A stretch of DNA of 64,000 nucleotides, taken from NCBI GenBank assembly GCA_951406725.2, contig OX597821.1, positions 77,996,001 to 78,060,000 on the forward strand, read 5' to 3'. The notes below the pieces were generated by a model, which searched no databases, was not told the origin of the DNA, and saw only the letters and a list, made by a program, of their open reading frames with translations. Both the position numbers and the translations under genes were made by a program. Origin of the DNA: Octopus vulgaris (lineage: Eukaryota). How positions within the stretch are numbered: the stretch's first letter is position 1; every line of letters begins with the position of its first letter. Of this stretch, positions 51,846-63,145 are shown in pieces.

Positions 51846-54007
51846 TTCTCTGCAGAAAAATATTTCCCTGTATTTTCAACTCTTATGCCTGCCTCGCACA
51901 AATATAACATCTACATATGGATTTGAAACAATGAAATAAGCAGATATGTGTTTTAAGAGGACACACCTTGGAGTTTAACCCTATCTACATAATACACACA
52001 GGCATATATATAGTACACACACAACAGGCTTCTTTCAGTTTCTTTCTACCAGATCCACTCTCTAGGCTTTGGTGAGACTGGGGCTATAGTATAAGATACT
52101 TGCCCAAGGGGCTACACAGTCATGCCCCATTAACTGGAGCTGGTTTGTTTGACTTCACCCTTCTGGACAGTGCCCCAGCATGGCCATAGTCCAGTTTGTT
52201 ACGTTTCCATTATCCCATAAGAAATATTAAACCTTTAGCATTTTAACCGGCCATATCAGGACCACATTTTTTTTATTGTTTTATGTCCAAACTGGTTTGA
52301 TCAGGCCTCTCAGACCTACTCTACAATGTCGTTTTAAAAATAAACTGTCTCATCATTGAAATCTCAATGCTGCAAGATAATGCATCATTAATTCAAAATA
52401 ATGTAAACACCAAATGTTAAATGGTTAATTTAGTTTAGTTCTAATTCCTTTTGTAAAATGGAGCAGGGATTGTGAGATATGTGGAAAAAGGAAACCAATT
52501 GACATATTGAGGAATGTCAGCCTGTCTCATCAGCCTGTCCTTCTGGCTTTCATTAGAACATATTAAAGGGAGATAAGAATTGGAATTAAGGTGGAGTTGG
52601 GGGTGGTTTCTTTTTCTGTTTTAATACTTTATTTTCTGACTAATGTCACAAACTGGTGCTATTGTCAGAACTCCATAGTCACTGCTTTCGGTTAATCTCA
52701 TTCATTGTTCCTTCCTCAAAAATGTGTTTTAAAGGAATTATTATTTTTATTATTATGCTCATTGCTAAGATATGATGTTTATTGTTTTTCTTTTTGTTAT
52801 TTTGTTATATTTTTCTGTACGTTTTGATACTCCATTGATAGATGTCTGGAAAGAGATAACATTTATTCAAATTTAAAAAAAATGATTAACAAAAGTTGAA
52901 AGAATAGAGCTACAAAATGAAATCCATAAAAAAAACTATGATAAAAATATTTTTTGTGTTAATTCAGATAATATTGGGAAAGATTAAAATAAATTAAAAA
53001 AATAAAAACAAATTAATTTATCTGAAAATCCACTAATAAGGATTTCAAATTTTGGCACAAGGCCAGCAATTTTGAGGCAAGGGAGTAAGTTGATTACATC
53101 AACCCCATTGCTTATCCGGTACTTATTTTGTTCTTTTCTACTCTAGGACAAGGCCCAAAAGTTTTGGGGAGAGGGCCAGTCAATTAGATCAACTCCAGTA
53201 TGCAACTGGTACTCAATTTATCGACCCTGAAAGGATGAAAGGCAACTTTGGCGCAATTTGAACTCAGAATGTAAAGACAGACAAAATATCACTAAGCATT
53301 TCGCCCGGCGTGCTAACGTTTCTGCCAGTTCACCGCCTTAAATAATTATTCTTTTCTACTCTAGGCACAAGGCCCGAAATTTTTGGGGAGTGGTGGTGGT
53401 GGTAGGGAGTGGGTGGCAGTTGATTAGATTGATCCCAGTATGTAACTGGTACTTAATTTATCAACTCTGAAAGGATGAAAGGCAAAGTCGACCTCGGTGC
53501 TATTTGAACTCAGAATGGAAAGACAGACGAAATACCGCTAAGCATTTCGCCTGCCATGCAAACGTTTCTGCCAGCTCGCCGCCTTTTGGTTCTTATTTTA
53601 TTGACCCTAAAAGGATGAAAGACAAAATCAATCCCAGTGACATTTGAACTCACTACGTATGGTCAGAGGAAATGCTGCTAACCGTTGTGTGGTAAAGATT
53701 CTGCCAGCTTGTCGTATGGCACCCCCATAATATCTACGTGATGGATCTGTCAACCCTCTCAGTAGGGGCTGAATCACTGAATTCTTTAGGTTGCTAGTGT
53801 GGTTTCACTAACCACACTAGCAACCTACATCAATAAATTAAAAAGGAACAATATTGAATTCAGTCTGAATCGGTCTATAATAAGGGAAGCCACACCATTT
53901 AATAAACACACAAAGAATTATATTTCGTTTTGGGATTTGGTTTGCAAGATTCTTTATATGAGTTTGTGTGTTGAAGCATATTCTGTTGTGTCTGGGGAGA
54001 GTCAAAA

Positions 54008-54044
54008 CTATTGAAAAGGTTGCAAGACGCAACGAAAATTTTAG
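54008..54044 (+). ncRNA. Variant minimal hammerhead with U3-A8 core (family 5)
   Basis: CTA-TTGAAAA-G-GTTGC-AAGAC-GCAAC-GAA-AATT-T-TAG. Confidence 0.5.
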
Positions 54045-54787
54045 GACAATAAAAATAAGAAAAAAGTGGAAATTTTACCGGTGAGTGTGTTACATAATAA
54101 GGCACAAAAAGAAAATGATTCTCTCCAGACACAACAGAACACAAAGAATTGCAATTTATATACAAAGGAGGTGATCCACATAATCTGAACCAACAAAAAT
54201 AGTTTACTTAATAAGATATCTGATGTTATAATTACCTATAGACACAAATATCTTTCAACTTTTAAAATTTTCACCAAATATAATTAAGCTTTAGGATCTT
54301 AATCTAGCCATCCTTTATATTATGGACTCTTCTAAAATATATTATATTATATATAGCGTCGTAATGCACTTTAGCCTGCAACATCAGCTTGAAGAGAATG
54401 GTCTGATTAAACATTCAGTTTTAAAAACCATCTAACCGATCGTATATTTCAAAGTTTTCATCATCAACATCATCATCGTTTAACGTCCGTTCTCCATGCT
54501 AGCATGGGTTGGACGGTTCGACCGGGGATCTGGGAAGCCAGAAGGCTGCACCAGGCTCCGGTCTTATCTGGCAATGTTTCTACAGCTGGATGCCCTTCCT
54601 AACGCCAACCACTCCATGAGTGTAGTGGGTGCTTTTTACGTGCCACCTGCACTGGTGCCAGGCGAGGCTGGCATCGGTCACGGTCGGATTGGTGCATTTT
54701 ACGTGCCACCGGCACGGAAGCCAGTCGAGGCGGCACTGGCTTCGGCCACGATTCGGATGGTGCTTTTTACGTGCCACCGACACGCTA

Positions 54788-54878
54788 TTAACTCTGATGA
54801 GAGAAATATAGAGAATTGCTATGGTGGGAGTTAGTTCACCCATAGCAACCGATATCTTTTTGAAACGGCTGTAAGATT
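54788..54878 (+). ncRNA. Type-I hammerhead with extended stem II (family 4) in a PLE pLTR
   Basis: CTGATGA at 54794-54800; stem II GAGAAATAT/ATATCTTTTT plus TTGCTATGG/CCATAGCAA; GAAA-C-GGCT-G-TA. Stem I is weak in this copy. Confidence 0.65.
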
Positions 54879-55329
54879 TTATACCTGTTCAGGATTCTTT
54901 ATACTCGCTTTTTTATCTACCGTCTTCATTGATTCAAATTCGAATATTCGGTCTTCGCAGATATATTTATGGATTTATATATTTATACTTTTATATATTC
55001 ATATTTACGAATTTTTATATATTTATTAATTTTCATGTATATGTATGTATTTGTAAATTCTTAGAAATTTCATATCTCATATGGTTGAATGCATTTATGT
55101 ATGTATATTGTATACCATGGAGAATTTCATTAATATGGATTGAATGAATATATCCATTGACCTTTAAATTTGTTTCTCACCTTCTTGATTTTATATGCAC
55201 ATTATTGAATTGTTTAATAGAGGTTTTTCTCTAAATTATATACATATATTATATATTGTGATATTCGATTTAAAATTGTTAAATTGAATTTTTCCCTGTA
55301 AGTTTTGGAATTATATTCCCTACTATTAT

Positions 55330-55475
55330 ATATGTGTGTGTGTATTATATATATATATGTATGTGTGTGTGTATGTGTGTGTATATATATGTGTGTGTGT
55401 GTGTGTATATATATGTGTGTGTGTGTATATATTTGTGTGTGTGTGTGTATATATATGTGTGTGTGTGTATATATT

Positions 55476-55524
<49 letters not shown>

Positions 55525-55551
55525 ATGTGTGTGTGTATATATATATATATA
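55330..55551. repeat. (TG)n/(TA)n compound microsatellite
   Basis: Direct reading. Confidence 0.95.
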
Positions 55552-55849
55552 TGATGAGCTTCTTTCAGTGGATTTGGTTGAGAGAAACTAAAAGAAGTTT
55601 GTCATATAATGTGCGTCTGTGTTTGTCTTGACAACTGGTGTTGGTCTGTTTATGTCCCCATAACTAAGCAGTTTGGCAAAAGAAATTGATAGAATAAGTA
55701 TCAGCAATTCATTCAACTAAAAATCTTCTCCAAGGCACTGCCCCAGCATGGCCACAGTCTAATGTCTGAAACAAGTAAAAGAGATAAGGTTGCTTGTATC
55801 AATTATCTTGCTGGAGTCATTAAAATAAATACGAATCAAATTTAGGAAC

Positions 55850-56367
55850 TGCCATGCAGGTGGCACGTAAAAAGCACCATTTGAACATGGTCAATGCCAG
55901 TGCCGCCTGACTGGCGCCTGTGCCAGTGGCACGTAAAAAGCACTGTTCAAGTGTGGTCAATGCCAGTGCCACCTGACTGGCTCCTCTGCTGGTGGCACAT
56001 AAAAGGCACCATTTGAATGTGGTCGATGCCAGTGCCGCCTGACTCACTTCTTTGCTGGTGGCACGTAAAAAGCACCGTTCGAGTGTGGTCGATGCCAGTG
56101 TCGCCTGACTGGCTCCTGTGCTGGTGGCACATAAAAAGCACCATTTGAATGTGGTCAATGCCAGTACCGCCTAACTCACTTCTGTGCTGGTGGCACATAG
56201 AAAGTACTCACTACACTCTTGGAGTGTTAGGAAGGGCATCCAGCTATAGAAACTTTACCAGATTAGATTGGAACTTGGTGCAGCCTTCCGGCTTGCCTGT
56301 CCTCAGTCAAACCATCCAACCCATGCCAGCATGGAAAGTGGATGATAAACGACAATGATGATGATGA
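55850..56367 (+). mobile_element. RTE 3' end with five full 66-bp tandem modules plus a partial sixth
   Basis: TGGCAC(G/A)TAAAAAGCAC starts at 55861, 55927 and onward in 66-bp steps, then the family terminus and (ATG)n. Confidence 0.85.
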
Positions 56368-56806
56368 TTTGATTGGCCGATTTCTCATGTTCTTTGTCCC
56401 ATTGTTTTCCAAACCCTTTGCTGATTTTAGGTGATGCATACATAATGTTAATTGTTAGCATAAATAGATTTTGTTGTTTAACTCCAGGTCAGCTCTGATC
56501 AAGCAAAACCCATGGTCAGAAGCATTGCAACTGTGACGATTACATTTTTAAAATACTTCCTCTTTAAAATGTTAAGATTTAAATATTTGGCTGTTATTTC
56601 TAGCATAATACATGACCATATAGAAGCTCCATCATTGAGGCTGTCTCTGTTTATGTAACTTAGTAACCGTATATGTTGTTATTAATGATGCTGTTAGTAG
56701 CTATGGACTTTAAAGAGTTAAAATAGAATTCTTTTTTTTTCTTTTTTGATTTTCTTTTTGTTTTGTTTTAATTGAAACCCATTTTTTTTCTACTTTTCTA
56801 AATTAG

Positions 56807-57072
56807 ATCGTTCTGACTACCAACTGCCTCAGAACAGTGTGGATTGCATTGATAATGTTACCATGGCAGCGAACACCGCGATCAAAGGGCAGATTGGAAT
56901 GTTCCAGTCATGCTATCGACCAAAACCTGTTTCCAGTGAGAAACCATCAGATGGCAGCATGCACTTCAGTATCATTCGACATCCAAAAGAATTACTCGAT
57001 GTTATGAATATATTATGGCACTCAAGGAAACTTTGTGATGTGACGTTCAAAGTTGGTGAAGAATCCTTCCAG
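56807..57072 (+). CDS. KEAP1: Keap1 exon encoding the N-terminal region and start of the BTB domain (first in-exon ATG at 56863)
   Basis: Polypyrimidine tract plus TTAG acceptor ending at 56806. Kozak ACCATGG at 56863. Translation MAANTAIKGQ...LWHSRKLCDVTFKVGEESFQ. Phase-0 donor CAG|GTTTGT at 57072 joins in frame to [10 protein letters not shown] of the next exon, restoring the BTB motif LCDV...F.AHK.VLA. Confidence 0.88.
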
Positions 57073-57583
57073 GTTTGTAGGATTTTTGTAAAATACTTAG
57101 GTCAATGTCCTCATTTGAATTTAATATTACATGTCTGAAATAATTCCATTGTCAGTGAATAGAAATATATTCAATTGTAATATAATCTTGACTGATTGTG
57201 AAAAAAGTCACTCTCCAGTGCAGTCTAACCTTTCAGTCACAGATATGCTGTATCGGCATTGTGCCCTTCATTCCTATTTTTTCTCTCACTCTCTCATTCT
57301 TTAGTCACTCTTTCTCTCTCATTGCTATAATGGACTCTACATCCCAGAGCTTGTTTAGTTGTATAACATCTCCACCCAAGTCTACACAACACTCATCTCT
57401 CTTCTGTTTATCATTTCTGTAGAGTATCACTTTCCTCCTGGCTCTGCACTAACCTCCGACTCAAATTCTCTCTTTTCTCTCAAGCTTTTCCTTTGGTAAT
57501 ATTGACTTAGTTGTTCAAGATAAAACATTGATCTCAGTTGTTTTGTGAAGGGCATTGGTGCAGCTCTCTTCTCTCAAATGAGC

Positions 57584-57620
<37 letters not shown>

Positions 57621-58142
57621 TGGTATTAGCATGCCCAAAAAGGTCACAGAAAACGAGAAAGCAACCATACTATGGGTTATGCCAATACACACAGATAGAG
57701 AAATTAAGGCCAATTGGCCAGATATAGTTTTCAGAGATTATGAAGAAAAAAAAAAATGCTTTCTAATTGATGTATCAATACCAACAGATAACAGTGTTTC
57801 TCTAAAAGAAATGGAGAAACTTTCAAAATACAAAGACCTGGAAATAGAGGTAACTCGAATGTGGAGTCTAAAAACAGAAGCAGTACTTGTAATTGGTGCA
57901 TGAGGTATGATAAAAAAAATATTCAGACAAATACGTAGCAAAAACACCAGGACTAACAAGAATATATAACATACAGAAAATAGCACCACTAGGTACTGCA
58001 CAGATCCTATGTGAAACACTTTCAATACAGTAACCATAAGAGCATCACAGCAAACCATAGCACTTAACCAAGGCACACAGAGCTGTGCTTGGTAGTGCAG
58101 TGAAAGCATGTTATAAAAATAAGACTACTAAATGATAATAAT
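57621..58142 (+). mobile_element. R4/Dong-clade non-LTR retrotransposon 3' end (restriction-like endonuclease) in a (TAA)n tract
   Basis: ILWVMPIHTDREIKANWPDIV...CFLIDVSIP...EKLSKYKDL...VIGA (PD-D/ExK REL domain), with TAA repeats on both sides. A probable related 3' end lies at ~12140-12310. Confidence 0.85.
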
Positions 58143-58479
58143 GTTAATGGTAAAACAGAATCAGTCTAGTTTACAAATATGTCCATTTATCTGTTTCAAA
58201 TGAATTTTGGAAATCAAAATATCTAGTTTGTTATCGTTAATAAAGCTGAGGTGAGCTTTGATTCAGTATATCTATGATTAAAAGTATTAAAGCTGTAATC
58301 ACATCCAGCCTTTTAATTTTTGCTGTATGATGTGCCCAGGACTACATTATCTTGTCTACACTAACATCTTTAATTTCTTGAGACAGTAAAGTGGCAGTTG
58401 ATGGTGGGGTATTATTGTTTAGTTTGTTCTAACAGACTGTACAACCTTCAGGTGTCCACTGTTTGGCATTTCAAATCGC

Positions 58480-58845
58480 ATCAAGGAGGCAAATGTGAAT
58501 AAGAGGAGGAAATATACTGAGTTATATAACGGGGCTGTGTGAAAGCAATGAGTGGCAAGTGTGATCTTATGCAGGTGGATTGTAGAGGGTTTGCAGGCCA
58601 GTCCCATGCAGAACTTACAATATGCTTGGCTGCACGGGTCACTAAGCAGAAGGGCATCAAGGTGGCTGTGGATCAGAATGGTGTGAGCCCTGGAAAGGGC
58701 AAGGCAACCTGGTGAACTCAAATTGGGGATTGATCAACCCCCAACTGGATCATATGGTTGATGATATCAGATGCTGAAAAAACCTGAAACACCTAATGGC
58801 CCTGGGAAATATCATTGATAATGTGACTAGGTGCATCACAGGATC
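58480..58845 (+). mobile_element. Decayed HERO/NeSL-like non-LTR 3' end
   Basis: Remnants VDCRGFAGQS and KASRWLWIR; 3'UTR-like TGATCAACCCC...GAAACACCTAATG...ATCATTGATAATGTG. Confidence 0.65.
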
Positions 58846-60145
58846 ATCACCATCATCATCATTTAATGTCTATTTTCCATTCTAGCATGGATTGGACAGT
58901 TTGACAGAAGTTGGCAAGGCCAGGAACTGTACTATGCTCTGGAATGTTTTCTACAGCTGGATGCCCTTCCTTATGTCAACCACTCCATAGTGTGTACTAG
59001 GTGCTTTGTAAAGAGGATAACATTAGGAAGGGCCATAGACCTCCGTTTTTGGCATTTTTCATTAGTTTTTTGCTCTCACATCTGAGGTGTTATGGAATAA
59101 ATAGTCACCCTCCCTATATTCCAAACTGACAACGACACAGCAACTGTTTCAGTTGTTTGCTATTTGTTCACTGTATATATGCATTTGAAGATAGCTGAGG
59201 CTTAGTTGAAGTGGTCACAGCTGGCTTCATCATTCTTCTTGTTGTTTAGTCCCAGTGAAGCTCTTATTGATTTCTCATGTAATCAAAGTTGTTCCTGTTG
59301 TGACCATCCAGTCTTTCTCTATATTTAGGACCACATCAATAACTACTGTTTCTATTTTCCCCATCAATTGCTAACAGTTTTATATTGAGTTGGACACTGT
59401 ATCATCATTCTTCTTGGAGGTGGTTGTTCTGTACTCTAGGTCAGCTGTGATGAGGAGATCGAGTTGGGTGTGATTTAAAAGAGATTTATCTTCTATTTCC
59501 AAAAGACCACATTGACGCAGTTCTTATGGCCGTTGTCAGTCCAGCAGCAGTGGTGAGATGCTTCAAGTCACAGCTGATGTTGTTGTCTATACTGTATTTG
59601 GAAAACTTTCTTTGGCCACCTGCCCTCAATGTTCAACTAATCTAGGTGACTGGCCTGTTACCCTAGAATTGCCATCTACCAAATTCCTTCACAAGGCATT
59701 TGTCAACCCAGAGCTTTAGCAGATGATGTTTGCCCAAGGTGCCACACTGAGATGTAACCTGAAATCACACAGTTGCTAAGCAAGCATCTTAACTACACAG
59801 CCATGCTTGTGCATGCAAGCGTGCACACGTAAATGTGTGTGTGTGCATGGTCTTACACAGAAATAATCTTCTGTTGACTTTATATTGCAGTTGGTGAGCA
59901 GGTTTCTAATCACCATTCTCTGGTCTGTTACATTTCTAATAGTGGCAATGATGAAGTTCCTGTAACTTGATGCTGCATGCATGCCAAAGGACTTTGTTCA
60001 TGATTCATTGGAAGTTCAGATTTCTCATTGACGTTTATACCTTCAGCAGACATTCATTGGCAAAAAAAAACACACACACACACACACAAAACTCAGCATA
60101 ATCTAAAATACCCAAAACATGTATAATGTAGATAACGATTATTTG

Positions 60146-60189
<44 letters not shown>

Positions 60190-60191
<2 letters not shown>

Positions 60192-60685
60192 GGAAATTAT
60201 TGTATACAGTGCTCAGGTGCACCACAGCTTGTCAAAAGTGCATATAAAGCATATGCAGTAATGTACAAATGTCTGGGAAGTGAACAGTGTATGAGTCAGA
60301 TACATGCTTGCGTGTGTATGGAGGGAAGAAAATCAGGTGTAGTGTTGGCGAATCTCAGGAAGCATGGAAGTTTTGAAGGATGCAGTGCTCCGACAACTAA
60401 CAACTGATGCTGGCAGTTTGTTCCATGCTTCAGCAACTCTTAGTGTGAAAAAGTGTTTCCGAAAGTCATGGGAGCTGTGCTGTTTTCTGACTTTGTAAAC
60501 ATGTCCACGGGTGTTAGACAGGTGGAGTTTGAAAAGGTGCTCAGAGTTATTGTTAGTAAGATGGTTAATAATTTTATGGGTGTCTGCTTAGTCAGCTACC
60601 AGACATCGGAGTTTCAATGTATCCATGCCCAGGGAAGTAAGGCGTTCAGAATATGGTAAATGCCTGATGGAGGGTATTCTCTTGA
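60190..60685 (-). mobile_element. CR1-clade LINE 3' end
   Basis: Minus-strand peptide LPYSERLTSLG...NTRGHVYKV...RKHFFTLRVAEAWNKLPASVV...SFK, ending at a (TTA)n tail. Confidence 0.85.
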
Positions 60686-61665
60686 AGCCCTTCACTGTGA
60701 ATGTTGTGGATAAATTATATGGCAGGCTTCTGTACAGATTCTTTCTGCCAAATTCCACATCGGTGTTGTTTCCTCATAGTTCAGTGATTAAATAAGACTT
60801 CTGTGCTAACCTGGAGAAACACTTAATACAGTAATCACAATTATCCACAGAGTATAACCCTTTTCTTACCACATTTCCTTTGAAATACACTTCAACTTAT
60901 GCCAACACAGTAAACAAATGTTAAAACAATGAAATGAATAAACTGTTTCATTTAAGTTTTAAAATAAGGAAGAATTTAGTAAAGTATATTGTGTCATTAT
61001 TAAACTGGTGTTTAGAGCATAAATTAACAAGAAATTTTGATGGAAGATTTTAATCTAAACCATTTTGAAATATGAAATTTGTGCCATAGAGGCAGTTTGG
61101 TATCAAAAGTGTGAAGTCTCTTTGCTGATAAAACGACAGAAGTGTTCCCAGGGTTGTATGAAACTGAGACAATGCAGTGGTTTTATCTGCAGGATGTTTC
61201 TATCTTTTATTCTGGCATAATGTATCTAGAAATACATTATCCAATGTGCCATCCTTAATCTTTTAAGATGGTAGACTGTAATTTGTGGGATTACAGAAGT
61301 GGCAAGACCAGGGACAATGGCAATAGCAGGGTTTTGTTCCTTAATGTCTCAACAACCAATCAGAGACCAACCTGTCCATCCAACCAACCAACCAACCAAT
61401 CAGAAACCTGCTTACCCAACTTACCTAACCAGCCATTTCAAACCCACTCACATAATCTAACTGATGCTCAGTTATTAGTCAAAACTTCTTGGACATTCTA
61501 CAATCTCCATGCAGCACATTCCTCTCAGTGGGTGTATGATTTGATTTCTGTTAAAATATTTTACTCATTGTCCAAGTTCACTGTTGTACTTTGGTTAATA
61601 AAACCTAAGAGCATTAAAACAATATTTGGCTAATGAAATATTACTTAACAAAAAGCATATATTTT

Positions 61666-62040
61666 TAATTCCGTTTTTGGATTTGGTTTGCAAGATTCTT
61701 TATATGAGTTCGTATGTTGAAGCATATTCTGTTTTGTCTTGGGAGAGTAATTTTCTTTTTGTGCCTTATAATGTAACACACTCAACCGGTAAAGTTTCCA
61801 CTTTTTTCTGATTTTTACTTCCCTAAAATTTTTTTGCGTCTTGCAACCTTTTCTATAATTTTGACTCTGTCCATTATTTACACTGCATTAATGAAGTGGA
61901 GCTGTCGGGTAGCTACCTTAATTTTCAGACAGCAGAACATGGTGTTTCTCAATGTCTTGCTAGCTTGGCTAAAGCTTATAATATTCCGTTTTTGGATTTG
62001 GTTTGCACAATTCTTTATATGAGTTTGTGTGTTGAAGCAC
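61666..62040 (-). mobile_element. Repeat family shared with 53922-54139 (probable PLE pLTR): one long and one short copy just upstream of the large Keap1 exon
   Basis: TTGGATTTGGTTTGCAAGATTCTTTATATGAG... occurs at ~61677, ~61993 and ~53930; a decayed family 5 hammerhead lies at ~61823-61860(-). Confidence 0.6.
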
Positions 62041-62105
62041 ATATATTTTTAAAGGATACAGTTTAAATTTTTTATTTACACCTTTCATTTTCCTTTCTTT
62101 TCCAG

Positions 62106-63145
62106 GCCCACAAAATAGTGTTAGCTGCTGCCAGTCCATATTTTCGTGCCATGTTCACTGGTGGAATGAAAGAGGAAGATATGACCGAGATTCCTTTGCA
62201 CTGCATATCCCCATGCATACTTGGTATTCTTATCAATTTCGCCTACACCTCTGAAATCCAAATCAACGAGATGAATGTTTGCCAGTTGCTGCCAGCTGCT
62301 ACTATGTTTCAGATCACACGCATCGTCGAAGCTTGCACGGTGTTTCTCGAGCAACAGCTGGACCCTAGTAACTGCATCGGTATTGCAGACTTTGCCAGTG
62401 AACATGGCTGTATGGACCTGTACAGTAAGGCAGGGGAATACATCTACCAGAACTTTTGTAAAGTAAGCAAATGTGAAGAATTTCTGATGCTTTCTCCGTG
62501 TCGATTGGTCAGCCTGATCAAACACGATGAGCTAAATGTTGCCTGTGAGTCCGAAGTGTTTAATGCTGTCATTCGTTGGGTGGAGAACGACTCTGAGAAA
62601 CGTCTTAGTAAGTTGGAGAGTTTACTTGGAGCTGTACGGTGCCATTTCCTTTCACCAAAGTTTTTGGAGAAACAGCTCAAGATGTGTAAATTGCTCAAGA
62701 AAAATCCACAATGCCAGAGTTATTTGGCACGCATTTTTGAAGAACTAAAACTCCACAAACAGATTCCTGAAGTTTGCCGCAAGCCTTGCAAACCGATGGT
62801 TATTTTCACAGCTGGAGGTTATCTCCGGCAATCTCTTAGTAACTTTGAATTCTTCAATTTAGAGACAAATGAGTGGCGGCGGTTGCCTGACCTGCCTGTA
62901 CCACGTAGTGGGCTGAGTGCGTGTGTCGTGAAGGGTATTCTTTATGTTGTTGGTGGACGGAACAACTCACCTGATGGTAATATGGATTCGGCTTCCTTGG
63001 ACATGTATGACCCGTATCGGAATATGTGGAGACCTTGTGCACAGATGTCTGTGCCAAGAAATCGAGTTGGTGTTGGGACAATTGATAATATGATTTATGC
63101 TATTGGAGGTTCACATGGATCTCAACACCATGAAATTGCTGAAAG
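62106..63145 (+). CDS. KEAP1: Keap1 exon: rest of BTB, BACK/IVR and Kelch repeats 1-3 (gene continues beyond the window)
   Basis: Acceptor TTTCTTTTCCAG at 62105 and donor AAG|GTAACT at 63145. Keap1-diagnostic motifs [58 protein letters not shown] and GGSHG. Residues equivalent to human Nrf2-binding Y334, S363, R380, N382 and R415 are present. Confidence 0.96.

Larger units (their letters stand above)
53787..55330 (+). mobile_element. Penelope-like element 3' part (GIY-YIG endonuclease C-terminus plus pLTR) with nested insertions
   Basis: Peptide TTLATYINKLKRNNIEFSLNRSIIREATPFNKHTKN, then after an insertion CNLYTKEVIHII*..SLLNKISDVIITYRHK, resembling PLE EN C-termini. A 5' fold-back hairpin at 53787-53827, a downstream hammerhead at 54790, and an RTE insertion at 54459-54783(-). 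Confidence 0.75.
57073..62105 (+). other. KEAP1: Keap1 phase-0 GT-AG intron (5,033 bp)
   Basis: GT at 57073 and CAG at 62103-62105; splicing gives a contiguous BTB sequence. Confidence 0.9.

Noticed and set aside
55861-56200. Regularly spaced TGGCACGTAAAAAGCACC repeats resembling a CRISPR array
   Set aside because: The spacers are homologous to each other, there are no cas genes, the context is eukaryotic, and the array is contiguous with an RTE 3' terminus.
56839-57138. ORF-track 99-aa protein as a complete gene
   Set aside because: It uses a GTG start and reads into the intron; the exon ends at 57072.
62121-63081. Antisense and alternative-frame ORFs over the Keap1 exon
   Set aside because: Shadow ORFs with no recognisable domains.
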